64,000 bases of DNA from an uncultured bacterium (GTDB lineage: Bacteria; Patescibacteriota; Minisyncoccia; Moranbacterales; UBA2206), in contig CAIZXS010000023.1 in assembly GCA_903937035.1 (NCBI GenBank), forward strand, positions 1,188 to 65,187, in the 5' to 3' direction. Numbering within the stretch: position 1 is the first letter of the stretch; every line of letters begins with the position of its first letter. The position numbers and the translations under genes were made by a program. This document shows, one piece after another, positions 38,955-50,289 of the stretch. Under the pieces are notes generated by a model. It had not been told where the DNA came from, made no database searches, and was given only the letters and a program-made list of their open reading frames with translations.

Positions 38955-39281
38955 TTACATTTTAATTTCTATATCCACTCCTGCTGGCAAATCCAGATTT
39001 GTCAAACTATCAATCGTCTTTGGTGTTGGGCTCATGATATCAATAAGACGTTTGTGAATTCTCATTTCGTATTGATCACGGGCATCCTTGTGCACAAAAG
39101 TCGATTTGTTGACCGTAAATTTGCGAATTTCTGTCGGCAATGGAACTGGTCCTACGACGCTTGCGCCAGATCTCTCAGCTGTTTCCACAATTTGACGGGC
39201 TGATTGGTCAATAATCTTATGATCATAAGCCTTGATCTTAATTCTGATTCTTGTTTTTACCTCTTCTTCATTCTTTGACAT
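38955..39281 (-). CDS. rpsJ: 30S ribosomal protein S10
   Basis: [24 protein letters not shown]. Confidence 0.98.
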   Translation of the reverse strand: MSKNEEEVKTRIRIKIKAYDHKIIDQSARQIVETAERSGASVVGPVPLPTEIRKFTVNKSTFVHKDARDQYEMRIHKRLIDIMSPTPKTIDSLTNLDLPAGVDIEIKM

Positions 39282-39466
39282 CAATTTGTTCGAATTTTTA
39301 ATCCTCCTTCGCCCCGAACACTCGGGTCTATGGCGGGACGAGCTCGCTGGTTAACCCTTTCTAGTATCTAGAAACAATTAACTTAAAACTTGCTCTGGAG
39401 TTAAACTTTTTTATTATAAAACTAACAATTTCCTCTATAATCTGGCCCTTGCCCCTACAATAAAAT

Positions 39467-39495
39467 ATCTTAGCATGGAATATTTGAACAGTCAA
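39467..39495 (-). promoter_or_regulatory. Sigma70-type promoter of the S10 operon
   Basis: TTGACT-17 nt-TAAGAT with an extended TG. Confidence 0.65.
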
Positions 39496-39555
39496 ATTTT
39501 ATGCTTTTTATCCTACTTTGAGCAGAGCCAGACAAAGAAAAAACTCGTTTATTGA

Positions 39556-40749
39556 CTATTTTACAATCTTAGTAGCAACACCAGCGCCTACTGTTCTTCC
39601 GCCTTCTCGGATTGCAAAACGCATTCCTTCCTCCATAGCAACAGGAGCTCCTAAGACAACCTTAAAGCTTACAGTGTCTCCAGGCATTACCATTTCAGTT
39701 CCCTCTGGAAGCATAACCTCCCCAGTCACATCAGTAGTTCTAACATAAAATTGTGGCTTATAACCTTTAAAGAAAGGAGTATGTCGTCCACCTTCTTCTT
39801 TGGTAAGGATATAAACTTCACATTCAAATTCTGTGTGAGGAGTGATTGATCCTGGCTTAGCGAGGACCTGACCTCTTTCAACATCTTCCTTTTTGATTCC
39901 ACGAATCAAAATTCCAGCATTATCACCACATTCCCCTCTATCAAGCGTTTTATTAAACATTTCAATTCCAGTTACAACTGTTTTTTGAGTTGGGCGAAGT
40001 CCGATAATTTCCACTTCTTCATTAATATTGATCACACCTCTTTCAATTCTTCCAGTCACAACAGTTCCGCGGCCTTCAATTGTAAAAATATCTTCGATTG
40101 GCAAGAGAAATGGCTTATCCATTTCACGAACTGGATCTGGAATTTTTGAGTCAAGTGCCGCAATCAAGTCAATAACAGGCTTTGCAGCTTCTTCTTCAGC
40201 TGATTTAGACTCTAGGGCTTTAAGGGCTGAACCACGAATAACGATTGCATTATCTCCGTCAAACTCATATTTTGTCAAAAGTTCTCTCACCTCTGCCTCA
40301 ACTAGGTCAACCAACTCCGCATCATCCACCATATCAACCTTATTAAGGAAAACTACGATTTCTGGAACACCCACCTGCTTAGCCAAAAGAATGTGCTCTC
40401 GAGTTTGTGGCATAGGACCATCAGTCGCAGCTACAACTAAAATAGCTCCGTCCATTTGAGCAGCACCTGTGATCATGTTTTTGATGTAGTCAGCATGTCC
40501 TGGGCAATCAACATGAGCGTAATGCCTCTTGTCAGATTCATATTCGCAATGTGCAGTGGCGATTGTAATTCCACGCTCTCTCTCTTCTGGAGCTTTGTCA
40601 ATTTCATCAATACTCTTTTCCTTGGCATGTCCCAAGAAACTGAGAACATGAAGGATTGCCGCAGTCAATGTCGTTTTTCCATGGTCAACATGACCGATAG
40701 TTCCAACATTAACATGAGGCTTGGTTCTTGCAAATTTTTCTGCTGCCAT
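39556..40749 (-). CDS. tuf: Elongation factor Tu
   Basis: [21 protein letters not shown]. Confidence 0.99.
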   Translation of the reverse strand: MAAEKFARTKPHVNVGTIGHVDHGKTTLTAAILHVLSFLGHAKEKSIDEIDKAPEERERGITIATAHCEYESDKRHYAHVDCPGHADYIKNMITGAAQMDGAILVVAATDGPMPQTREHILLAKQVGVPEIVVFLNKVDMVDDAELVDLVEAEVRELLTKYEFDGDNAIVIRGSALKALESKSAEEEAAKPVIDLIAALDSKIPDPVREMDKPFLLPIEDIFTIEGRGTVVTGRIERGVININEEVEIIGLRPTQKTVVTGIEMFNKTLDRGECGDNAGILIRGIKKEDVERGQVLAKPGSITPHTEFECEVYILTKEEGGRHTPFFKGYKPQFYVRTTDVTGEVMLPEGTEMVMPGDTVSFKVVLGAPVAMEEGMRFAIREGGRTVGAGVATKIVK

Positions 40750-40868
40750 ATGTTTGGTAACTTACGCATAGTTATTGTGGTGACTTCTTTTTAGAAAAAA
40801 AATCAATCCCGCAACAGCTTGCGATTTTTTGTTATTATTAAATTTAATTAGATTTTAACACAACGTCT

Positions 40869-40897
40869 ACTCTACCCTAAAAAAATACTTTTGACAA
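40869..40897 (-). promoter_or_regulatory. Candidate dedicated tuf promoter
   Basis: TTGTCA-17 nt-TAGAGT. Confidence 0.5.
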
Positions 40898-40916
40898 ATA
40901 AAAAATGTTCTCAAAC

Positions 40917-40925
40917 TGTGGATAA
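40917..40925 (-). promoter_or_regulatory. Consensus DnaA box, single copy
   Basis: TGTGGATAA, which is TTATCCACA on the minus strand. Confidence 0.35.
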
Positions 40926-40928
40926 CTC

Positions 40929-41213
40929 CTATGACTGAAGAACACTCTCATAGCGCACCTCGTCATTCTTTATCTCACCCAGAGTTTCCAGTTCAATTTC
41001 AACTGCTTTGTCTTCTTCCTGAGAAAACTTCCAACTTGCAATATCGTTGTTTATCTTATCAACTAATTCTTGCTTTGTCAACCCCAAAACTCCCTCTTGT
41101 TTAATTTTTCTAAATTCTCGCAAAGTGAGTAAAATGTAGTGCTCATCCTGGTCTTTAATCACCGCTCGCCCGCCCAAAAGTTCCAACGCTTCTTTCAGTT
41201 TTTTATCCAACAT
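40929..41213 (-). CDS. Small hypothetical protein
   Basis: 94-aa ORF with its own TTGACA-17 nt-TAAGAT promoter at 41249-41277. Confidence 0.7.
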   Translation of the reverse strand: MLDKKLKEALELLGGRAVIKDQDEHYILLTLREFRKIKQEGVLGLTKQELVDKINNDIASWKFSQEEDKAVEIELETLGEIKNDEVRYESVLQS

Positions 41214-41328
41214 AAAAAAGTCAGCTACTTTATTATTTCTTCAATCAAATCTTATCGCAGATGTTATTTTGTGTCAATAGTGCTTTTATTAAATTATGCA
41301 AAAATTGCACCGCTAACTTATTCGTGCC

Positions 41329-41371
41329 AAAAAAAGAAGAACCCCGCCCAGTCATTTGACTGAGGGGGTTC
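41329..41371 (-). terminator. Intrinsic terminator of the pur block
   Basis: GAACCCCCTCAGTC-AAAT-GACTGGGCGGGGTTC followed by TTCTTTTTTT. Confidence 0.7.
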
Positions 41372-41394
41372 ATTCCTCCTTAATAAAATTTAAT

Positions 41395-42039
41395 TCATAC
41401 GGTAGACATGCCACTTTTGAAAATTAACTGACCGTCCGGATTGTCATATGGCCTCTCTGGGTGATCCATGAGAACCGCTATAAGGCCAGAGTCGTCCGTA
41501 ATCATAGCAATTTTTCCCCCGTTGGGAGAAGCGCCAACATATTCCATGACCACATTAAGATCTCCGTCTCCCGTAAATCTTCCATATCCATGAGCGGAAG
41601 GAAACGAGAGCACTCTTCCCTCCAATCCCTTTGTCCAAACACAGTGAGACGGAAGGACTCGATGTCGACTTGGTCGACTGCGAAAAACCTTGGATTTATT
41701 TTGGATCATAGCCACACCAGCTCCGAACAATCCTGACCGAACAAGAGTTTGGTCACCGTTACAAATTCCGAGCATAGGAACTTTTGCTTCCTCAAGAAGC
41801 CCGAAATAATCCTCCAGAAAAGTTGCCACCGATACACCGGTTTCAAGATGATCACCGAAAGAAAATCCACCTGGAGCAATAAACAGGTCGCAATCTGTGA
41901 TCCGCTCCTTTTTATGATAGATGTCCCAAAGAAAAACCAAACGCGGATTGCCCCCGGCTAATTCTACCGCTGCCATTGTCTCTTCTTCACAATTAGTTCC
42001 TGGCGCATAAAGCACTGAAACCTTTTTTCTTGTTTTCAT
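41395..42039 (-). CDS. purQ: FGAM synthase glutaminase subunit PurQ
   Basis: PGTNC, PGGFSFGD, GICNG.Q, AHG.G, HPER; ATGA overlap with the purL stop. Confidence 0.9.
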   Translation of the reverse strand: MKTRKKVSVLYAPGTNCEEETMAAVELAGGNPRLVFLWDIYHKKERITDCDLFIAPGGFSFGDHLETGVSVATFLEDYFGLLEEAKVPMLGICNGDQTLVRSGLFGAGVAMIQNKSKVFRSRPSRHRVLPSHCVWTKGLEGRVLSFPSAHGYGRFTGDGDLNVVMEYVGASPNGGKIAMITDDSGLIAVLMDHPERPYDNPDGQLIFKSGMSTV

Positions 42040-44804
42040 GCGACCATTTCCTCCATTGCATTTTTGCCCCAAAGTGCCTGTTGAAAAGTTCCATTCCAGG
42101 CAGCTCTGAGAAGATTAAAATTGAGTTTATTCCCTTGAACGGTTATGCCTTTTCTTGGCACGATTGTACCAATAATCCTGGGTTTGATTCCGGGGAAAGT
42201 CCTTTGCAGGTCACCAACAGCATCCCGTTTAACTTCAAGAAGGACGGCTCCAAAACTTTCCGGAAAAAGATCCTGACAAAGTATTGTTTCGAAGCCGAAT
42301 CCCGATGCTTCCACTCCCTCAAAGAGGCGCAGAAAAATTCCGCCCCGATTGATAGGTACCGCCGATTCAATCATGCCGCTTTGGGAAAGATGAAACAATT
42401 GGCTGAGATAAAATCCCGGATCAATTGAAAGCATACTTTCCAAGCGCGCTCCTGAAATACCCAGTGCTGATGACAGAATCGATCCATCTAGCCGCGTTGC
42501 TTGCGGGCCAACACACACCAAAACATTCCCGGGTTTTTTCCATTGATGTAATAATAACTTTTGAACATTCCGAATTTTCCCCATTCCTGTGATACAAACA
42601 CCAGGAAGAACACAGACTATCTTTCCTCCGAAAGTTCCCCGTCCCGATGAACTGTCTTTTCCGACCATAAAGGGGGTTCCGGTTTTGATTGAAAGACTCG
42701 TAATCGCCTTAACCTGCTCCCGCAGATACCAGCGCGCTTCCGGATCATCACCATCGGTGTAAAAGTTATCCGCCAAAGCAATATCGCCAGGATAAACTCC
42801 GGCCGCGACTTGCGTCACCAATGTATCCATCATGGCATTTTCTGCCGCCCGTACAGGATCGACTTCAAATTGCCAAGGTGAGAAACTGAGGCTGACAGTA
42901 AGCCCTTGATTTTTTCCATAAACAGGCCTCAGCGCAGCTAAAGAAGACGCAACATTATAGTTACTACCATAAAGTGGTCCCTGCCAAGTTATCCCCTGGA
43001 CAGTTGAGTCATATCTAGTAGTTGCTTTCGCCTGATTGCAAACATCAAAATGCCCCACCACTGAAAGCCCCATATTCATGACGTTGGATTGGTCAATTTT
43101 TGGATGAGCCATTGTGTCTAATTTGATTTTCGGTTCCACCACTTCAATCATATCCAACGGACATTCATCAAAAAAGGCATAAGGCACGTCGATACAAATT
43201 TCGCCGGACATTTTCATTTCCAGAGAAAATTCCTGGTTTTTGTCATAAAACATTTGAAAACATCCGCTGTCGGTAAACAAACCGATTGGCGTAGCTTCCA
43301 AGCCATATTTGGCGTATATTGCCATTGCCTCAGCATATTTTTCCGGCTTTACCGCATGCGCAAAGCGTTCCTGACTTTCTGAAATTGCAATCTGCCAGTT
43401 AGCTAGACCAGCGCATTTTAATTTCACGAGAGCCAAATTGCAAATAAAACCGCCAGAATTATCTTCGTTTTTAGCCATTTCCCCAAACGCCGACGGGATG
43501 CCATGTGCGCCAAAGTCATTCCGAGCACTCAGGCATCCAGTGTCCCTCAATTCTAATCCAGCTCGCATCATAAGTTGTTCGATAAATGGCATGCCGATTT
43601 GAACATGGGTTGCGTCGCCAGTGTCGGTCTTTTCCGTGATTCCACCAGAGCTAACTGTCGCTCCGTGAAGTCCATCATTACCCGTTTTACCTCCAACCAA
43701 TACCGCAATATCTCCGACCCGCGGCTTACCTTTTGTAGCTGCTTCGCGAATAGTAACTCCCACTGATCCACCAAGCGCAAATGGCTTTCCGCTGTAATTC
43801 GGATGTGACATCATTCGGGCAAGCATCATTGGAATTCCCATTGGATTTCCGTAATCAGCAATCGCCCGCACGGTTTCTCGTCCGATAAGTGCTGCTGTCA
43901 AAGTTTTGCCGGTAAATTCCGGATGGCGCAAACGCTCCAGTTCGCCAATAACCGTCATTTCAATGTTTCCAATTGGTTTGGCGCCCAGACCATTTTCAAA
44001 GATATCCCGCAAAACTCCGCCCAGCTTTGTCATTTGTCCGCCGTAGGGCTCTTTTTGAGTCGGCGAATTATGCGTTTCCAGTTTGAATAGAATACACAAT
44101 CCGTCATAGAAATCCCAGACTCCGGCATTATCGACAAATGCGGAAATAAGATTGGGGTTGCCAATTTTTTCCGTCGCCCCTTTGAGCAATTTAAACAGCT
44201 CAAGACTCTTCCATAGATCATGAAAGCAATGCCCAGACCAAGAGCCCGCGAAAGTTTCCAGTAAAACGTCCGTTACACTTTCCAGCTTTAATCTTTCTTG
44301 AAACTCCACCAGCTTTTTCATCTTGCTTAGCGACAGATGCATTTCACGCTTCTCGCTAAAGTCGCAAAGTTCCTGATCACTCATAGACCGAAGGTCATAG
44401 CGTTGCATTGATTGACGCACACCACGTGGCTTTAATGTTTCCAAAATTGGCTCGTCAGTAAAAGCGGTATGAACCAGCTTGTTTACATACAAGCCGTTCA
44501 TTTTTTTACCATAATAGCGGTAGCTGACTTTAGCTGCCACAACGTTTACTCCCTTGTGAGCACATAGCTTGATGATGCTTTCCTGCTCCGGATCAATGAC
44601 CGCGTTGTTATACATAACTTCTTTAAATCCACGCTTAGCTGTTTTTTTCGGCATTCGATCAATAACTCGCATCGTTTCCGGATTAGCCAGCACGGAATAC
44701 AGCACGGAAAGATCCGGCGCTTCACCATCAATTTCCAAGTTGATAATTTTGAAAACGTCTGGGCGCTTTTTTTTCGGCGCCACAATAATTCGGTGAATAG
44801 ACAT
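42036..44804 (-). CDS. purL: FGAM synthase PurL with an extended N-terminus
   Basis: WSGHC, DNAG, ETHNSP, GGVLRD, GGKTGNDGLHGA, ISESQER, GKDS; AGGAG SD. Confidence 0.9.
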   Translation of the reverse strand: MSIHRIIVAPKKKRPDVFKIINLEIDGEAPDLSVLYSVLANPETMRVIDRMPKKTAKRGFKEVMYNNAVIDPEQESIIKLCAHKGVNVVAAKVSYRYYGKKMNGLYVNKLVHTAFTDEPILETLKPRGVRQSMQRYDLRSMSDQELCDFSEKREMHLSLSKMKKLVEFQERLKLESVTDVLLETFAGSWSGHCFHDLWKSLELFKLLKGATEKIGNPNLISAFVDNAGVWDFYDGLCILFKLETHNSPTQKEPYGGQMTKLGGVLRDIFENGLGAKPIGNIEMTVIGELERLRHPEFTGKTLTAALIGRETVRAIADYGNPMGIPMMLARMMSHPNYSGKPFALGGSVGVTIREAATKGKPRVGDIAVLVGGKTGNDGLHGATVSSGGITEKTDTGDATHVQIGMPFIEQLMMRAGLELRDTGCLSARNDFGAHGIPSAFGEMAKNEDNSGGFICNLALVKLKCAGLANWQIAISESQERFAHAVKPEKYAEAMAIYAKYGLEATPIGLFTDSGCFQMFYDKNQEFSLEMKMSGEICIDVPYAFFDECPLDMIEVVEPKIKLDTMAHPKIDQSNVMNMGLSVVGHFDVCNQAKATTRYDSTVQGITWQGPLYGSNYNVASSLAALRPVYGKNQGLTVSLSFSPWQFEVDPVRAAENAMMDTLVTQVAAGVYPGDIALADNFYTDGDDPEARWYLREQVKAITSLSIKTGTPFMVGKDSSSGRGTFGGKIVCVLPGVCITGMGKIRNVQKLLLHQWKKPGNVLVCVGPQATRLDGSILSSALGISGARLESMLSIDPGFYLSQLFHLSQSGMIESAVPINRGGIFLRLFEGVEASGFGFETILCQDLFPESFGAVLLEVKRDAVGDLQRTFPGIKPRIIGTIVPRKGITVQGNKLNFNLLRAAWNGTFQQALWGKNAMEEMVA

Positions 44805-44822
44805 TATTCAGCTCCTTTCCCC

Positions 44823-45620
44823 TTAAATAGCATTGGGGTGATTATGCATTTCCGCAATCCAAACAACCTTTCTTCCATCATCATTTTTCACAACCTGGAG
44901 CCGTTTTTCCGCAAAAAGCTGGATACAAGCTGGAAACAATAAATATTCCTCCTGTAATCCTCTTTTCTTGACTTCGTCCAGCGTGTCTCCAGTGTAAATC
45001 GGAAATGTCCGCTGGCCGATGATCGGTCCAGAATCCTCGCCGTAGTCCACAAAATGCACAGTGCATCCACCGACCCTACAACCATGACGAAAGGTATCGC
45101 TATAGCCATCAGTTCCGGGAAATGCCGGCAGCAATGCCGGATGAATGTTCATGATTCGCATATCGTCGCCCTGATTCATATTATCGATGAGGTACGACGT
45201 ACAGATTTGCATGAATCCGGCAAGCACAAGAAGGTCTATCTTCGCTTCCCTGATTTTCATTAACAACTCGGTTTCCGCCACAACTTTCCAGCAAATATGT
45301 TCGAGTTGCTTTTCCTTATCCCCATTAAAAAGCTCATGGACATAAACGCTTTTCTCGAATACCGCCTGAACCAGATCGCTGTTCGAATAATCATTACTCA
45401 AACAAGCATGCTTCAGGTTATCCCGAAATACCCGATAGTCCACGACAAAAGTCGGTATTTCTTGGCCTCTCGCCCAAACAAGTCCGCCCGCATCTGGATT
45501 ATCAGCACCGACAAAAACAACGTCGGCATCCACCAATCCATCTCTGCAAGCATTTACAATCGCTTGCATATTCGTTCCTCCACCGGAAATCAAGATCCCA
45601 ATTCTCAGTTTTTCTTTCAT
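44823..45620 (-). CDS. purN: Phosphoribosylglycinamide formyltransferase
   Basis: ISGGGTNMQAI, LAGFM, NIHPALLPAFPG, GCTVHFVD..EDSGPII; AAGGAG SD. Confidence 0.93.
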   Translation of the reverse strand: MKEKLRIGILISGGGTNMQAIVNACRDGLVDADVVFVGADNPDAGGLVWARGQEIPTFVVDYRVFRDNLKHACLSNDYSNSDLVQAVFEKSVYVHELFNGDKEKQLEHICWKVVAETELLMKIREAKIDLLVLAGFMQICTSYLIDNMNQGDDMRIMNIHPALLPAFPGTDGYSDTFRHGCRVGGCTVHFVDYGEDSGPIIGQRTFPIYTGDTLDEVKKRGLQEEYLLFPACIQLFAEKRLQVVKNDDGRKVVWIAEMHNHPNAI

Positions 45621-45706
45621 GCCCAATTCTCCTTTTCAACTCATTATTATGATATTCAACATAGTCCGCCATATACCCAAACAGAATTTTCTAAAAAACT
45701 CTTCTG

Positions 45707-45801
45707 TTGTTAAAGAATGGAAAACAAAAAAGCCAACCCTCCTTAGTGGTCTAGCTTTTTGTTTTATGCCTATACCATAGCAAATTGAGGCTAGACGTCA
45801 A
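45707..45801 (-). promoter_or_regulatory. purN leader: candidate promoter, terminator-like hairpin and boxA-like motif
   Basis: TTGACG-16 nt-TATGGT; hairpin AAAACAAAAAGCTAGACC...GGTTGGCTTTTTTGTTTT; ATTCTTTAACAA. Confidence 0.4.
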
Positions 45802-45909
45802 ATAGAGCCAAAAATCAAGGCCAATACAAGACACCAGTCTTTGCTAGAAATTTTTCATGACATCAAAAATAATCTAGCCATGCCAGCTTCTCCCAAGGTA
45901 AGAAGATAA

Positions 45910-47517
45910 TCATTGGGCACCTGTAACTCTAAAATGATCCTGCGACATTTCAAATCGAGAAATCAAATCTTTGTTTTTCTCATTACGCTTAAGAAAAATA
46001 ATTGCATAATCATCTGCAAAAACTGGTGCCCACTCGGGGTCTTTTATTCTTTTCACCAAAAACTCTTGTCCCCAATTAGTGCCATCACTAGTGGCAAAAT
46101 AAATTGCATTAAAAGCATATTCCTTAGACACCCGATTCCAAATTTCATTATTTTCTTGCATTGGAATATAGACTTCTTGAAAAAACACATCAGCATAGGC
46201 TTCTGGTCGATTATCCACAAACACTCTCTCCTGAGGAAAAAGATGAAAAATTAAGTAGCCACCAATATCATAGTTATTAAAAATTGGCCCGGAAAGATTA
46301 TTGGCTTTGAAAAAGATAGCTGAGGCATTTTGAGCTTGCGTTTGGACTGTGGAATTAACTCTATCCTCACGCAATAACTTCCCTTGAAACAGATAGCTAG
46401 AAAATAGAAAAAATAGAGAAGCCAAAGAAAAAACAATAATCTTAGCCCAACCATCATTGAGATTAACTTTATTTCTGAGACCAAATTTTAAGCCATAAGC
46501 AATCGCCGGGAGAGCAAGGTAACCAAACAGGGCAAAATTACGCAAAGCACTCCAACCCAAGATACTAACTACAATTGAAAGTCCCAAGAGAGGCCAGTTT
46601 ATTTTTTTTCGATTGGTCAAAAACAACAAAACAATACTAGCTAGAAGAATAAATAAAACTATTTTAAAAATTAAAAGATTAGGATTATTAATAAACCCAA
46701 TTCTCGTCAGAAAACTAACCGACTGATTTTCCAGCACGCGATAACCGTAATTGCGGAAAATGTTCAAGGGATAAAGTACCGCTTTCAAGCCGAAAGGATT
46801 AGCTAAGCTTGCACTAAAAGATAAAATTAAGACAAAAAACAACGTCTTGAATTTTGACCAGTCTTTTTCTCGCAGCGTATCAATGAGAAATAGACCAATA
46901 AGTCCAAGACCAAAAATAAAATAGATATGCAAATTGACCCACAAAAAACTTAGCACCGGCAAAACAAAAAGTATCCTTTTTTTCAACTCGCCTTCTTGGA
47001 ACTTCCAAAGCAAAATAAAATATATAGCCGCAAAAAAATAACTAAACACTTCCGGCCGGATTTCTGTTCGTTCTCCAATAAGCGGAATAACTAGCACCGC
47101 CGAAAGCGTTGCCAATGCCAATCCCGCGAATTTCTTCGTCTCAAAGAATAAAAGACCAAAAGTCAAAAAACTCAGCGCCACATAAAGAAAAGATAAACCG
47201 GAAAGTCCGGTAACCTTCCAAATCAAATAAAAAACAACGCCTGAGCCCCAGTGATGGTTAATAAAGGGAGTGTCAGGATAAGTATAGGAATATAAGTTTG
47301 TGTCAGGAATTTGATGTGTTTCAAAAAAATAGCGCCCGTTTTCAATGTGGCGGCCCAAATCAGTGATTACCAAATTAACCGGTTGTGCCAAAAAAACGCC
47401 CAGCCAAAAAAGCAGCAGTGCAAAAACGAATAGCGCACCCGCATTTTTTTCGATTTTTTGCTTCAGCCTAAAAAACCACAAACTGATTTTAGGAAAGTTT
47501 TGTTCATCTTCTTGCAT
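45910..47517 (-). CDS. Polytopic membrane protein, GT-C glycosyltransferase-like
   Basis: About 11-12 TM segments; DLGRHIENG, RPE, WVNLH, NPFG, FVDNRPEAY. Confidence 0.65.
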   Translation of the reverse strand: MQEDEQNFPKISLWFFRLKQKIEKNAGALFVFALLLFWLGVFLAQPVNLVITDLGRHIENGRYFFETHQIPDTNLYSYTYPDTPFINHHWGSGVVFYLIWKVTGLSGLSFLYVALSFLTFGLLFFETKKFAGLALATLSAVLVIPLIGERTEIRPEVFSYFFAAIYFILLWKFQEGELKKRILFVLPVLSFLWVNLHIYFIFGLGLIGLFLIDTLREKDWSKFKTLFFVLILSFSASLANPFGLKAVLYPLNIFRNYGYRVLENQSVSFLTRIGFINNPNLLIFKIVLFILLASIVLLFLTNRKKINWPLLGLSIVVSILGWSALRNFALFGYLALPAIAYGLKFGLRNKVNLNDGWAKIIVFSLASLFFLFSSYLFQGKLLREDRVNSTVQTQAQNASAIFFKANNLSGPIFNNYDIGGYLIFHLFPQERVFVDNRPEAYADVFFQEVYIPMQENNEIWNRVSKEYAFNAIYFATSDGTNWGQEFLVKRIKDPEWAPVFADDYAIIFLKRNEKNKDLISRFEMSQDHFRVTGAQ

Positions 47518-47586
47518 AGCTGGATTATACCAAACAAGTCATATTTAAACAAAAAATGCTATTCACAATTTCACACTCCATAAACA

Positions 47587-47617
47587 AAGGGTTATGATGA
47601 AATTCACCATAACCCTT
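47587..47617 (-). terminator. Hairpin terminator
   Basis: AAGGGTTATG...CATAACCCTT. Confidence 0.55.
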
Positions 47618-47640
47618 AATGCAGAATCATTGCGCGACAA

Positions 47641-47952
47641 TTATTCTCGCCGCTGCAATTCAGTGGCCGGATTACTCAATACTCCTTCAAGCTTATCGGC
47701 CATTTTTTCGAACGATTCCTGCTTATTCCTGTCGTGAATATAACCATCGACAAGAGCCATTTCCAAGGTGTGTTCCCTGACAAAACTCGCGACATCATAA
47801 GTATCGGAAAGTTTTCCAAGCCTGCTCAATGCAGCCAGGCAACGCCCCCTTACTTGCGCTATTTTTTTTTGGCGAGACATGCGGTTGATAAGCCACACAA
47901 CACCTTTAATCAATAGAAAGATTAATCCTATTATTATCAAAATATTCCACAT
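47641..47952 (-). CDS. Small N-terminally anchored hypothetical protein
   Basis: Hydrophobic N-terminus; GGGAGG SD-like motif; downstream hairpin. Confidence 0.6.
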   Translation of the reverse strand: MWNILIIIGLIFLLIKGVVWLINRMSRQKKIAQVRGRCLAALSRLGKLSDTYDVASFVREHTLEMALVDGYIHDRNKQESFEKMADKLEGVLSNPATELQRRE

Positions 47953-48175
47953 ACACCATCCCTCCCCTCATAAATTTTGCAATTGCGTTTATTCGCGCCT
48001 AATTCCAAAAAAGAACAAAAAATCCGCTAGTTTCCCAACAAACCTTAATTTAACATAGGCAAAACTAGCCAAAAAGTCAATAGACTGGCCGCATAAATAA
48101 CCGCAACTCTCTTTTGAACAAAAAAAACAACCCCTCCCGGAGTTGTCTTTTAAAAAAAGTTTACAAATTTTAAGA

Positions 48176-50263
48176 TTATTTCTTCCCTCCCGAAATCTCT
48201 TCCGCCACGTTTTTTGGCACTTCGGCGTAATGGGAAAATTCCATCGCATAGTTGGCACGACCTTGTGACATTGAACGAAGTTGTGTTGCATAGCCAAACA
48301 TAGAAGAAAGCGGCACTTCGGCATCGATAATTTTCACACGCGCATTGCCTTCTCCACGGTCTCCCATTTCTTTGATGATTCCACGCTTAGCATTAAGATC
48401 TCCAACCACATCACCCATAAAGTTTTCTGGTGTAATGGTTTGCACCTTCATAATTGGTTCGAGAAGCATTGGTTTAGCCCTTCGACATGCTTCTTTAAAC
48501 GCCATTGATCCGGCAATTTTGAAAGCCGCCTCTGAGGAGTCCACTTCATGATATGATCCATCATAAACTGTCGCTTTGATGTCCACCATTGGGTAACCCG
48601 CCACCACCCCAGAGTCCATCGCTTCTTTGGCACCCTTCTCAATTGGAGTGATATATTCTTGCGGGATGATTCCTCCTTTGATTTCACTAACAAATTCAAA
48701 GCCCTTGCCCGCTTCTTGCGGTTCAACGCGCATCCAACAATGTCCGTATTGTCCACGACCTCCAGATTGTTTGATATATTTACCTTCCGCTTCCGCTTTA
48801 ACACGAATCGTTTCACGATAAGCCACTTGTGGTTGTCCAATATTGGCTTCCACCTTGAATTCACGCTTCATCCGATCCACAATAATATCCAAATGCAACT
48901 CGCCCATGCCAGAAATAATTGTTTGGCCCGTTTCTTCATCGGTACGCACTTTGAAAGTTGGATCTTCTTCGGCTAGCTTTCGCAAAGCAAATCCCATTTT
49001 TTCTTGGTCAGCTTTCGTTTTTGGTTCAATCGCAATCGAAATCACTGGTTCTGGGAAAGTGATTGTTTCCAAAAGCACTGGTTTTTCAATATCGCAAAGA
49101 GTGTCTCCGGTTGTCGTATTTTTCATTCCGACGAGTGCGCCAATTCCACCAGCATAAATCTCCGAGATTTCTTCACGGTGGTTAGCATGCATTTGCAAAA
49201 TTCGTCCGATGCGTTCTTTTTCATTTTTAGAAGAGTTCAAAACATATGATCCCGCCTTCAAGACTCCGGAATAAACGCGGAAAAAGGTCAGCTGTCCAAC
49301 ATATGGGTCGGTCGCCACCTTAAAAGCCAAAGCGGCAAAAGGCGCATCGTCTTGTTGCTTTACTTCAATTTCAATTGTTTCGTCGCGAACATCCGTTGCT
49401 TTAATGGCTGGCACATCCAAGGGGGAAGGAAGATAATCGATAACGGCATCAAGTACTAATTGAACGCCCTTATTTCGCAAAGCTGTTCCAGTGAACACTG
49501 GCACCAATTTTGTGGCAATTGTTGCACGACGAATGGCTGCCTTCAATTCATCTTGCGAAATTTCTTCGCCATTTAGAAATTTTTCTGTGAGCGCATCATC
49601 CGTTTCAGAAACTTTTTCCACCATTTTTTCTCGCCATTCTTTCGCTTTATCCAAAAGTTCCGCAGGGATTTCTCCTTCAATCACTTCAATACCCATTTCA
49701 CCTGCAAAAGTATAGCCCTTCATTTTGATGAGATCCACTACACCAGCAAAATCGCCACGCTCTCCGATTGGAATTTGCAAGGCGACAGCGTTTGGAGTCA
49801 AACGATCCCAGATGGTTTTGAGGGCATAATAGAAATCCGCCCCTTCTTTGTCAATTTTATTAATAAAACAAACGCGTGGTACGCTGTATTTGTCCGCCTG
49901 ACGCCACACAGTTTCCGATTGAGGCTCCACCCCTTCTTTTCCATCAAACACGACCACACCGCCATCTAGAACGCGCAGTGACCGCTCAACTTCAACTGTA
50001 AAGTCCACATGTCCCGGAGTATCAATAATGTTCACCTGACAATCTTTCCAAAAACAAGTTGTCGCAGCTGAAGTAATAGTAATTCCACGCTCTTGCTCTT
50101 GTTCCATCCAGTCCATCGTGGCTGCGCCCTCATGCACTTCACCGATTTTGTGAGTAACTCCAGTATAGAACAAAACGCGCTCAGTCGTGGTAGTTTTTCC
50201 CGCATCGATATGCGCGATGATTCCGATATTACGATACTTTTCAATTGGATATTGTCTAGCCAT
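48176..50263 (-). CDS. fusA: Elongation factor G
   Basis: [33 protein letters not shown]. Confidence 0.99.
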   Translation of the reverse strand: MARQYPIEKYRNIGIIAHIDAGKTTTTERVLFYTGVTHKIGEVHEGAATMDWMEQEQERGITITSAATTCFWKDCQVNIIDTPGHVDFTVEVERSLRVLDGGVVVFDGKEGVEPQSETVWRQADKYSVPRVCFINKIDKEGADFYYALKTIWDRLTPNAVALQIPIGERGDFAGVVDLIKMKGYTFAGEMGIEVIEGEIPAELLDKAKEWREKMVEKVSETDDALTEKFLNGEEISQDELKAAIRRATIATKLVPVFTGTALRNKGVQLVLDAVIDYLPSPLDVPAIKATDVRDETIEIEVKQQDDAPFAALAFKVATDPYVGQLTFFRVYSGVLKAGSYVLNSSKNEKERIGRILQMHANHREEISEIYAGGIGALVGMKNTTTGDTLCDIEKPVLLETITFPEPVISIAIEPKTKADQEKMGFALRKLAEEDPTFKVRTDEETGQTIISGMGELHLDIIVDRMKREFKVEANIGQPQVAYRETIRVKAEAEGKYIKQSGGRGQYGHCWMRVEPQEAGKGFEFVSEIKGGIIPQEYITPIEKGAKEAMDSGVVAGYPMVDIKATVYDGSYHEVDSSEAAFKIAGSMAFKEACRRAKPMLLEPIMKVQTITPENFMGDVVGDLNAKRGIIKEMGDRGEGNARVKIIDAEVPLSSMFGYATQLRSMSQGRANYAMEFSHYAEVPKNVAEEISGGKK

Positions 50264-50289
50264 TTCTTTTTGTTTATAAGAATTTAAAA

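Noticed and set aside
40917-40925. Replication origin
   Set aside because: Only one DnaA box, with no cluster and no dnaA nearby.
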